Of a DNA stretch of 64,000 nucleotides, positions 18,111 through 26,455 are shown one piece after another (position 1 is the first letter of the stretch; each line of letters starts with the position of its first letter). The notes beneath the pieces are model-generated. The model worked only from the letters and a program-made list of their open reading frames with translations, was not told where the DNA came from and made no database searches. Source of the DNA: Planctomycetota bacterium (GTDB lineage: Bacteria > Planctomycetota > UBA8108 > SXIK01); contig OZ244999.1 in NCBI GenBank assembly GCA_965223265.1, positions 8,000,001 through 8,064,000 of the forward strand. The letters are read 5' to 3'. The translations under genes were made by a program, and so were the position numbers.

Positions 18111-19406
18111 ATGCGATGCCGCAGAATGAGCGCTATGATACGTTCTCGAGCTTTTGGCGGCCGACGACGATTTCGTGCGGCGTCTTTCCATCATCGGGCG
18201 TCGTTCGTGCTGCTCTGCATCGTCGCGTTTGCCGTAGTGCTCGGTGCCTCGCGTCACTCCCATGCCTGCTCGATTCCTGTCTTTCGATATGCGCTGCAGT
18301 TCTGGGAACCGGACCAGTTTGAACTTCTGGTCTTTCACCGCGGCGCTATGACGGAGGCTGCGGAGACGGTCGCTCATGCGCTCGAACGCGCCACGCTGAC
18401 GGGCGACCCGGTCAACCTGAGCGTCCGCCGCATCGATCTCGACGGCGCTGTGGAGCCAAAGGCGCGCCAGCTGTGGGATTCGATCGGCGACTCGACGCTG
18501 CCCCACGTCGTCCTCCGTTTCCCCGCGCGTTACAGTGGGCCTGAGGTCGTTCACTCCGGCGCACTGAAGGACTTTGATCTGGCGCCGTGGCTCGACTCGC
18601 CCCTGCGCCAGGAGATACGGCGCCGGCTGGCACGGGGTGATTCAGCGGTCTGGGTTCTCGTCGAGAGCGGCGACAGTGACAAGGACGCCACGGCGCAGAA
18701 GGTGCTGGAGGATACACTCGCGAAGCTTGAGAAAAGCCTCAAGCTGCCCGAGCTCGCGGCGGCAGACATCGGCTTGAGCGAGTCCGGCGCGGAAGTCAGT
18801 GCGCCGCTAGCGATCAAGTTTTCTGTGCTGCGCATGCGCCAAGGGGATGGGGCGGAGAAGAGCCTCCGGGATCTGCTCCTGCGCAGTGAGGCCGATCTGG
18901 CCGAGCTGACGGACCAGCCGATGGTGTTCGCTGTCTTTGGTCGTGGCCGCGTCCTGCCGGCGCTCGTCGGTGCGGGCATCAACGAAGAGAACGTCACGAG
19001 TTCTGCCTCATTCCTCGTTGGTCCGTGTTCTTGCCAGGTGAAAGAAGAGAACCCTGGTTTCGATTTTCTCGCGCGTGCAGATTGGGCGACGCTGCTGGCG
19101 CAGGCAAATGCTGGCGCGTCGTCGTCGCCACCGCGACTCGATCTAAGTTCCTCGGAACGTGGACCGTCCGGTGCTGGGGGAAGTCATTCCGCACGGAACG
19201 TCTCGGACGCCTCGGTCGTCGCCGCCTCGGGTGGCACGATCACCGACGCTGCTGCGGCGGCGTCAGAGCGCTCCGGCAGCACAGCGTCGAGCACTGCGAG
19301 CTCAACGCCGGCGAGTGACACGTTCTTGAGTCGGGTGCTGTTCCTCGTTGTTGTCGCCAGCGGCGTGCTCGTCTTGACCACCGCCCTGATCCTCAAGAAT
19401 TCCTAG
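18111..19406 (+). CDS. Conserved hypothetical exported protein with C-terminal membrane anchor
   Basis: Signal peptide ending AC-SIPVFRYALQFW, FGRGR, GPCSCQVKEENPG, C-terminal hydrophobic helix. Confidence 0.7.
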   Translation: MRCRRMSAMIRSRAFGGRRRFRAASFHHRASFVLLCIVAFAVVLGASRHSHACSIPVFRYALQFWEPDQFELLVFHRGAMTEAAETVAHALERATLTGDPVNLSVRRIDLDGAVEPKARQLWDSIGDSTLPHVVLRFPARYSGPEVVHSGALKDFDLAPWLDSPLRQEIRRRLARGDSAVWVLVESGDSDKDATAQKVLEDTLAKLEKSLKLPELAAADIGLSESGAEVSAPLAIKFSVLRMRQGDGAEKSLRDLLLRSEADLAELTDQPMVFAVFGRGRVLPALVGAGINEENVTSSASFLVGPCSCQVKEENPGFDFLARADWATLLAQANAGASSSPPRLDLSSSERGPSGAGGSHSARNVSDASVVAASGGTITDAAAAASERSGSTASSTASSTPASDTFLSRVLFLVVVASGVLVLTTALILKNS

Positions 19407-19447
19407 CGCCCTGTTCGGCGTGCACTAGCCAACATGACAATGCCATC

Positions 19448-20140
19448 ATGAGTCTCGCGATCGAAGAAGTGACCAAGACTTACAAAAGCGCGGAAGGACG
19501 CCCGATCGCGGCTCTGGAGGACGTCTCGCTGACCGTCGACGCGGGAGAGTTTGTTGCCATCATGGGTCCGAGCGGGTGTGGCAAGACGACACTTCTTCTC
19601 GCTGCTGGCGGGTTGCAAGCTCCGGATAGCGGTGCGATCCGTCTCGGTGGTACGGACATCTACAGCCTTGGGACGGAGTCGCGGGCGCGGTTTCGCGCGC
19701 AGAATATCGGTTTTGTCTTTCAGCAGTTTCATCTCGTCCCGTATCTCTCTGTACTCGACAACGTTCTCGCGCCAACGCTTGCGAGTGAGATCCCACGGGC
19801 ACGCGAGCGTGCCCGTGAGCTCCTTGAACGCTTTGGACTCGCGTCCCGTTTGACCCACGTTCCAGCGAAGCTCAGCACCGGTGAGCGCCAGCGTGTCGCT
19901 TTGGCTCGAGCACTCCTTCCGAAGCCGCAGCTATTGCTGGCGGACGAGCCGACTGGAAACCTCGACCGCGAGAATTCTGACACGGTGCTTTCCGACCTGC
20001 GCGATTTCGCCGCAGGTGGCGGCGCCGTCCTCCTCGTGACCCACGACACTGGTACTGCAGAACGCGCCGACAGAACGCTGCAGCTCGACCAGGGACGCTT
20101 GTGCGCTCTCTCTGACGCGGGTGAAGGTGACGGCAATTGA
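19448..20140 (+). CDS. ABC transporter ATP-binding protein (LolD/MacB type)
   Basis: GPSGCGKTT, IGFVFQQFHL, LSTGERQR, LLADEPTGNLD, VTHD. Confidence 0.92.
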   Translation: MSLAIEEVTKTYKSAEGRPIAALEDVSLTVDAGEFVAIMGPSGCGKTTLLLAAGGLQAPDSGAIRLGGTDIYSLGTESRARFRAQNIGFVFQQFHLVPYLSVLDNVLAPTLASEIPRARERARELLERFGLASRLTHVPAKLSTGERQRVALARALLPKPQLLLADEPTGNLDRENSDTVLSDLRDFAAGGGAVLLVTHDTGTAERADRTLQLDQGRLCALSDAGEGDGN

Positions 20141-20349
20141 CGAGCGCTTCCGCAGTCGACTGGGAAAGTCTGAAACCTCGTCTGCAGGTCAGAGGAGAGC
20201 GACGGCGCACAGATCGTTTCGCGCTGCCGCTAGCCTGGCTTCACCGGGGTGGTTGGCGCGGCGCTAGGCTAGCCAGGAGGTTCGAAGGAGTTGAGACGCG
20301 ATGACTGCCCACTCCATCTGTCCATGATTGCGGTGCACGGAGGTCGACC

Positions 20350-20649
20350 ATGAAGGTGAAGGTCGAGTACTCAGCGCAGATGCGAAAGACGATCGGACGC
20401 GCCAGCGAGGAGCTCGAGATCGCCGCTGGCGACACCGTCTGCGATCTCATTGGTTCGATTGCGCGCCGCGAAGGCGAGCCGCTGCAAGGATTTCTTCTCG
20501 GCGCTGGGGGCGAGCCGAGTCCGTCGATCTTGCTTTTTCTCAATGACGTTCAGGTCGAGTGGTGCGAGGCACCGTCGCTCGCCGACGGTGATGTGTTGAC
20601 GATCGCCTCGCCGATCGCGGGCGGCATCGACACTTGGTGGGGTCAATGA
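20350..20649 (+). CDS. MoaD/ThiS family sulfur-carrier protein with C-terminal extension after GG
   Basis: MKVKVEY..., LFLND, LADGDVLTIASPIAGG followed by IDTWWGQ. GGAGG RBS. Confidence 0.82.
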   Translation: MKVKVEYSAQMRKTIGRASEELEIAAGDTVCDLIGSIARREGEPLQGFLLGAGGEPSPSILLFLNDVQVEWCEAPSLADGDVLTIASPIAGGIDTWWGQ

Positions 20650-21446
20650 GCCAGGACAAGTCAGCAGATCGGTTCGGGGCGGGCCACGGCCACGACGAGC
20701 TCACCGCGGAGGAGCGAGCGACCTATGAGTGGCAGATGTGGGTGGACGAGTTTGGTGAGCGCGGCCAGGAAGCGCTGAAGCGTTCGACAGTGTTGATCTC
20801 GCGTGTCGGCGGTCTCGGTAGTGTCGTCGCCTATGAACTCGCTGCCGCCGGCGTCGGGCGACTCGTCTTGGCGCATGCCGGCAACGTCAAACACAGCGAT
20901 CTCAATCGTCAGCTCCTCATGACCCATGATTGGCTGGGAAAACCGCGGGTCGCCTGCGCCGAAAGACGTCTCAAGGAGCTCAATCCGCGCCTGGTCGTCG
21001 ACGCCGTTGCCGAAAACGTCTCGGAGGAGAACGCTGCCCACCTCGTGGCCGAGGCCGATGTCGTCGTTGACTGTGCGCCTCTCTTCGAGGAGCGCTTCCT
21101 GTTGAACCGCGAAGCGGTGCGTCAACGTCGGCCGATGGTCGAGTGCGCGATGTACGAGCTTGAGGCGTACCTGACGACGATTCGAGGGGGCGAAACGCCG
21201 TGTCTTGCGTGCCTCGTGCCGGAGCGGCCGCCGGCGTGGACGCGGGAGTTTCCGGTGTTCGGCGCGGTTTCCGGCAGCGTCGGTTGCCTCGGTGCGATGG
21301 AGGCTATCAAGCTTCTCGCGGGCTTCGGCGAACCGCTCACCGGCAAACTGTTAGCTTACGACACTCGGAGCATGCGGTTTCGCGTCGCGACGATTCAGCG
21401 CAACCCACGCTGCAGCGTCTGCGGTGACGCCACCCCCGCAGAGTGA
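20646..21446 (+). CDS. HesA/MoeB/ThiF family adenylyltransferase
   Basis: VGGLGS, SDLNRQLL, TPCLAC, C-terminal CSVCG. ATGA overlap with the moaD-like gene. Confidence 0.9.
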   Translation: MSQDKSADRFGAGHGHDELTAEERATYEWQMWVDEFGERGQEALKRSTVLISRVGGLGSVVAYELAAAGVGRLVLAHAGNVKHSDLNRQLLMTHDWLGKPRVACAERRLKELNPRLVVDAVAENVSEENAAHLVAEADVVVDCAPLFEERFLLNREAVRQRRPMVECAMYELEAYLTTIRGGETPCLACLVPERPPAWTREFPVFGAVSGSVGCLGAMEAIKLLAGFGEPLTGKLLAYDTRSMRFRVATIQRNPRCSVCGDATPAE

Positions 21447-21507
21447 ACCTCAACTGATCGACGGAGGAAATCAGCCGAGGGGAGCGTTCCTCTCGACGCT
21501 GGAGCCC

Positions 21508-22194
21508 ATGCGTTTTTTTGTTCTCTTCCTGCTCCTTTCACTGCTGCTCGCCGTACCGTTCCTTCTTTGGGGCGAGTTCTTCGAGACGAGTTTTTCGAAG
21601 GAGCGAACGCTCTCGTGGTTTGAGCGCTGTGGGCCGTGGGCGTGGGCAGCCGGTGTGGCCCTGCTCGCCGCCGACCTCGTGTTGCCGGTGCCGTCAACAG
21701 CGGTGATGGCGGCGCTCGGCGTTGTTTACGGGACGCTGCTCGGCGGACTGATTGGCGCTGCAGGGTCCTTCTTCGCCGGGCTGCTAGCCTACGGCCTGTC
21801 GCGCGCCGTCGGCGAGCGGGCGGCGATCTACATCGTCGGTGAGAAGGATTTGGACCGCGGCAAAACGTTTTTCGCCACCGCCGGGGGCGGCTGGGCGGTG
21901 GCTCTCTCACGCTGGCTACCGCTCCTTCCCGAAGTCATTGCATGTCTCGCTGGCCTGGCACGCATGCCGCTACCGCGGTTCTGCGCCGCCCTTCTGTGCG
22001 GTTCGCTGCCGATGGCGCTGGTTTTCGCTGGGGTTGGCGCCTCCGGACGAGAGAGTCCGTGGCTCGCAGTCGTTCTCAGCGCCGTTCTGCCCCTGGTGCT
22101 CTGGCCGCTCGCCGCGCGGCTCCTCCGCTCACGGGTCGATGGGGTCGACGGCGGCGGCCGGGGGACGGCGGAAAAGATTTCCCAAGACGACTGA
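21508..22194 (+). CDS. VTT domain (DedA/TVP38) membrane protein
   Basis: LPVPST, YG...GG, SRWLPLLPE, LAGL; multiple TM helices. Confidence 0.82.
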   Translation: MRFFVLFLLLSLLLAVPFLLWGEFFETSFSKERTLSWFERCGPWAWAAGVALLAADLVLPVPSTAVMAALGVVYGTLLGGLIGAAGSFFAGLLAYGLSRAVGERAAIYIVGEKDLDRGKTFFATAGGGWAVALSRWLPLLPEVIACLAGLARMPLPRFCAALLCGSLPMALVFAGVGASGRESPWLAVVLSAVLPLVLWPLAARLLRSRVDGVDGGGRGTAEKISQDD

Positions 22195-22221
22195 AGGGCG
22201 CGCTACGGCGACGCGAAGCGG

Positions 22222-22893
22222 CTAGCCGCCAGCCTGCCGCTTCGCGTCGCCGAGTTCGATCTCATGCAGCTTGCCAGCGTCGATGTGGAAGATTTGGTGG
22301 CCCAGCTGCCTGGCCTCTGTGCTGCTGTGCGTGACGTGGAGCACGGTGACACCGGTGTATTCCTGGACCTCCTTGAGCAGGCCACAGATCTCGTCGTGGG
22401 TCTGCTCGTCGAGCGCGTTGAGCGGCTCGTCAAGGCAGAGGAGACCAGGCCGACTCGCCACAGCCCTGGCGAGCGTGACGCGCTGTGCTTCGCCGCCACT
22501 TAGGTTCGCGGGCATGCGATCGAGGAGATGCGCGATCCCGAGAAGCTCTGCGAGTTCGTCGACGCGTGCCGCGATTTCGCTCTCGGGGCGCTTGCGGACA
22601 ACCAGCGAGAATGCGATCTGGTCGCGAACGGCCAGCGTGGGAAAGAGCGCGCGGTCCTGCGGCACGTAGCCAACGCCTCGCTCTCCCGGCGCTAACGTCG
22701 TGACATCGCGACCGAACAGGAGAATACGGCCGGCTCGCGGCGTGCGAAGGCCGCACACCGTCTCGAGGATCGACGACTTGCCGCAGCCGCTGCGACCCAT
22801 GAGGACGCCGTACGATCCCGCTCGCACGACGAACGAAACATCTTGCAGCACGAAATCCCCTTGAACGATCGACAAGCCTTGGACGTCGATCAT
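22222..22893 (-). CDS. modC: Molybdate/tungstate-type ABC transporter ATP-binding subunit
   Basis: GRSGCGKS, GYVPQDRALFP, LSGGE, LDEP, VTH. In an operon with modB/modA-like genes. Confidence 0.8.
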   Translation of the reverse strand: MIDVQGLSIVQGDFVLQDVSFVVRAGSYGVLMGRSGCGKSSILETVCGLRTPRAGRILLFGRDVTTLAPGERGVGYVPQDRALFPTLAVRDQIAFSLVVRKRPESEIAARVDELAELLGIAHLLDRMPANLSGGEAQRVTLARAVASRPGLLCLDEPLNALDEQTHDEICGLLKEVQEYTGVTVLHVTHSSTEARQLGHQIFHIDAGKLHEIELGDAKRQAGG

Positions 22894-23762
22894 GCGTGCA
22901 GTCTCCGCAGGCCGAGGAGACGAGCGACCACGAGCACGACCGCTGCGAGCACCACCATGATGATCGACACTGCGACCATGCCCTCGGTGCGGCCCGCCTG
23001 CATCTCAAGGAAAACGGATGTCGGCAACACTTCGGTGCGGAACGGCACGGAGGCGGCGAAGACGAGGATGGGACCGAACTCGCCGAGGGAACGGGCCCAG
23101 GCAAGAGTCGCCGCCGCCAGCAGGCCATTGCGCGTTTGCGGCATGACGACGCGCATGAACGCTTGCGGTAGGCTGCATCCCAATGTCAGCGCGACTTGTT
23201 CATAGCGCTTGGGAATCTGGTCAAACGTGACGCGCATGGTCCGAATCGCGAAGGCGCAGGCGACCATGAACTGCGCCAAAATGACTCCCGGCACTTCGTA
23301 GACGACCGCGTCGCTCACCCAGCGCGGCACGTAGCGAAACAGAATCAACAGACCGATGCCGACGACTAGCGGCGGCAGGACGATCGGGATGTCGAGAATC
23401 GTGTCGATATAGGCTTTGCCGCGGAACTCGTAGCGCGACATCAAGTACCCGATCGGCACCGCGACCCAGAGCGCGAGGAGAGTCGTGATCGTGCAGGAGA
23501 CGAGACTCAACATGACGGCGTACTGAATCGCGTCGTCTGCCAAGACGCGGAGAAACTCGCTCAGCCCTTTCTCGCTCAGCACCAAGAAGTGACACTTGGC
23601 GAGCATCATCAACACGATCAGAACGAGATAGACGCTCGACAGAAGCACGAGGCAAGCAATGAACGGCGTTCCGGACGCCACTCGATGCGTTGGGTGTGCG
23701 CCGCCACTTGCGGGCGAACGATCGGAACGACTGGTCTCGGCCGCCGCGTTTTCGTCGCTCAT
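22890..23762 (-). CDS. modB: Molybdate-type ABC transporter permease
   Basis: DIPIVLPPLVVGIGLL, EQVALTLG (EAA loop), WARSLGEFG. Confidence 0.85.
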   Translation of the reverse strand: MSDENAAAETSRSDRSPASGGAHPTHRVASGTPFIACLVLLSSVYLVLIVLMMLAKCHFLVLSEKGLSEFLRVLADDAIQYAVMLSLVSCTITTLLALWVAVPIGYLMSRYEFRGKAYIDTILDIPIVLPPLVVGIGLLILFRYVPRWVSDAVVYEVPGVILAQFMVACAFAIRTMRVTFDQIPKRYEQVALTLGCSLPQAFMRVVMPQTRNGLLAAATLAWARSLGEFGPILVFAASVPFRTEVLPTSVFLEMQAGRTEGMVAVSIIMVVLAAVVLVVARLLGLRRLHA

Positions 23763-25291
23763 GAATCGACGGCGATGGGCTCCCCGCGCCAAACGAATCC
23801 GGTCGACTCAAAACGCTGCTGCGATTTACTGGAGCGAATCGCCTCCATGAGGCGACCGATCAACTGCGGATGATCCGCGTCGCGCCCGAGCGCCATATTC
23901 TGCACCGCTTTAGCCCGCGGATGTTCGATGGCGACGATCTTGAGCGTCGAGCTGACGTTCTGACAATTGGCGCGGTAGACAAGGGCGACGTCGAGTTTGT
24001 CGTGCGCTTCCATCTTGAGTATCAAGTCATGCGCGGTCGCCCCGTGAGCGACGATATTCGGCTGCACCCGTTCCCAAATACCGACATCCTTGAGAAGGTC
24101 GATCGACAGCTTGCCCAGCGTGCTGGCTCGCGGCTCGGTGATGCCGATGTTGAGGCCTTTTTGCGTTAGGTCGTGGAGCGTTCGGACTGTGACGCCGGGT
24201 CGGTCGCGCACCAGCAGCACGATGTCTGTCTCCGAGACGTTGGTCGGGTCGAGGAAGAGATCTGCGACCATGGAGAGATAGGACGCGTCGCAGGTGACAA
24301 AGAGCTCGGGTTTGAGCGGTGTCGTTTGAATTTTGCCGACGAGAGTACCACAGCCATCGTAGCTGCGCTGAACCTCACAACCTTCTCGCTTCTCGAACTC
24401 GAGAAGCGTCGGTTCGAGGGCGTCGCGATTCACGCCGCCGGCGTAGACTGTGATCTTGGGCACCACAGCCCATGCGTCACCGGCGACCGCATCGTAGCCG
24501 TGTTGCTTGAAAATCTCTCCGCCCTTCGTTGGAGCTGCAAGGTACCGTGCCAGCCTGAGCGCCGTGGCCGGAGCTTCGCAACTCTTGAGCACGGCCACCG
24601 AGATCGTTGCTACGGCGGGCTCTAGCTCTGCCACCGGAACGATCTCAAGATCGAATTGCCTCGCCGTCGCATCCCAAATGAATCCGGCATCCACCGTGGG
24701 CGAAGTCTTCACCGCCTCTGCTGCCGCCACGACCGTCGGCTGCATCGTCTTGACCTTCTCGTTGACGTCAGCCCAGCGCCCTGCTTTCTCCAAGAAACCC
24801 TTCGTCTTGTGTCCGGCTCCAGCCTCGGTGTTGCAGACGACGAAATTGACGTCGCTGCGCAGGACATCGTCGAGGTTGCGGATGTTCTTCGGGTTGCCTT
24901 TCTTTACCGCGACGACGAGGCGGAACCTTGCCAGCGGGATCGACTCGGCGAAGAGACCTTTCTCGCGCCCACGTTCCACATAGAGGGCGTCCGCGGGAAC
25001 GTAGAGGTCGCCTTCTGGGCGCAGCGCGATCGTGCTGAGCAGCCCGCCGCTGTTGTTGTAGATCAGGCGGACCTGCGTCCCTTGCTCCTGAAAGAACTGT
25101 TCGGTCGCCGCGACAACCGGGGGTCTGATCCCGGCAGCGCAGTAGACGGTGAGTACGTGTCCACCGTCGTCAACGCGGTGCGAGCTCAAGCGATAGAGCA
25201 GGAACGAGAGCGCAGCGAGAAGGACGACCGAGACGACGAGAAACGGTAGGAACCGACTGCGTTTTGTGTACGCGACCGCAGGCTGCGACAT
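23759..25291 (-). CDS. modA: Molybdate-binding protein with two tandem ModA-like domains
   Basis: First domain: VYCAAGI, NNSGGLL, DLYVPAD, DAGFIW. Second domain: VYAGGV, YDGCGTLV, ELFVTCD, DVALVY. N-terminal TM anchor; 510 aa. Confidence 0.8.
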   Translation of the reverse strand: MSQPAVAYTKRSRFLPFLVVSVVLLAALSFLLYRLSSHRVDDGGHVLTVYCAAGIRPPVVAATEQFFQEQGTQVRLIYNNSGGLLSTIALRPEGDLYVPADALYVERGREKGLFAESIPLARFRLVVAVKKGNPKNIRNLDDVLRSDVNFVVCNTEAGAGHKTKGFLEKAGRWADVNEKVKTMQPTVVAAAEAVKTSPTVDAGFIWDATARQFDLEIVPVAELEPAVATISVAVLKSCEAPATALRLARYLAAPTKGGEIFKQHGYDAVAGDAWAVVPKITVYAGGVNRDALEPTLLEFEKREGCEVQRSYDGCGTLVGKIQTTPLKPELFVTCDASYLSMVADLFLDPTNVSETDIVLLVRDRPGVTVRTLHDLTQKGLNIGITEPRASTLGKLSIDLLKDVGIWERVQPNIVAHGATAHDLILKMEAHDKLDVALVYRANCQNVSSTLKIVAIEHPRAKAVQNMALGRDADHPQLIGRLMEAIRSSKSQQRFESTGFVWRGEPIAVDS

Positions 25292-25385
25292 GGTACTCGG
25301 GTGAAGGCGCTGGGAGGAGAGAGGGTCCGCACGTAGACCCGCTCACCATACCAGTTCGCTGCGGTCGCGTCAAAGAGGCCTTGGT

Positions 25386-25859
25386 CTAACCTTCGCCGCG
25401 AATGCGCTTCCACTCGCGGACCAGCGAGAAGACGAAACCCTCGTTGTCCTCGTCGAGATCGAACAAGTTGTAGTGCACGACCGATTCGCCGGACTCGAGG
25501 CGCAGTTTGACGCCCCACGAACCGACGATCAGCAGAGCGGCAAGAATGGCGACGACACTGCTGACGCCCCAGCTCCAACCGCTCGATTCGATGAAGATCT
25601 TCGCGATGACCGCGATCGCCGCGAGACCGATCCCGAGTAGCAGGGAGACGCCGTCGAGCTGCTTGACGATGCGGATGTCGGTGATCTCTTCGAGCTCGTG
25701 GCGGGCGACGAGTTTGCCATCACCTGTCTCGCGACGCAGCGCGCCGTCTTCGAGGATGAGGCCGGACTTTTGCAGCGTCAGCTTGACGTGCGGAGCCCGA
25801 TCCCTCGCCGTTTTCGATTGCGTTTCGTTCGCAGTCAGGGTTGCCGTCTCCTCTGCCAT
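25386..25859 (-). CDS. Hypothetical membrane protein (two TM helices)
   Basis: ATG after AAAGG. Two hydrophobic helices between soluble beta-rich segments. Confidence 0.65.
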   Translation of the reverse strand: MAEETATLTANETQSKTARDRAPHVKLTLQKSGLILEDGALRRETGDGKLVARHELEEITDIRIVKQLDGVSLLLGIGLAAIAVIAKIFIESSGWSWGVSSVVAILAALLIVGSWGVKLRLESGESVVHYNLFDLDEDNEGFVFSLVREWKRIRGEG

Positions 25860-26455
25860 AACGTCGTCGCCTTTCTTCTTTTCCGTTACGCGACTTTGCG
25901 TGCGTTTGGCCTTTGGCGGCCGGATCGACGCTCGTGCTCCCCGCGCGACGCGGCGCATCAGGGTGCGGTCTGGAGGCGACGAGGTGTCGCCCGAAGAAGT
26001 CTCCGCTGGTCGCCGAACCTCGTCAAGGGCCTATAAAGCGACGCTCCCCGCTGTCGCTCGCGCGAAGTTAGCCTGGTGACGCACGCTGCGGCGTTTTGGG
26101 TCCTCGCCTGATTCCTCAGGCTTGAGAGACGCAGATCCGCGTGCGGTTGTTGGGGGCGCCTCGATTCTGCGGTAGGATGGCGAAGCGAAAGGTTATCGGT
26201 CGATCTCAACAGGGCGGAACGATTCACGACGCGCCGATCACGGCAGCCACTGTGCGGAGATCGAACTTGTCAGAGCCAGATTCAGCGCAGGGTCGTCCGT
26301 TGCATTGCCGTTGGTTTGCTGTCGATTCTTGCCCCACCGCGCGCGAAAAAGAGACGCTAGGAAACGCCTTCGACCTGGCGCGTGGCACACCGTTCGCGAC
26401 GTCTTCGCCGTCTTGCGGCGGCCTGACTGCTCGACGCCTTTGCCGTCGTCCCGGT

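Noticed and set aside
15884-18112. 742-aa minus-strand ORF and similar long antisense ORFs (e.g. 28229-29602, 44300-45718, 42482-43492)
   Set aside because: They are shadow frames of well-supported plus-strand genes in high-GC DNA and have no recognisable motifs.
20141-20349. Possible Moco riboswitch upstream of the moaD-like gene (hairpin GCTAGCCT/AGGCTAGC)
   Set aside because: I could not identify the conserved Moco RNA elements by eye. An Rfam scan would be needed.
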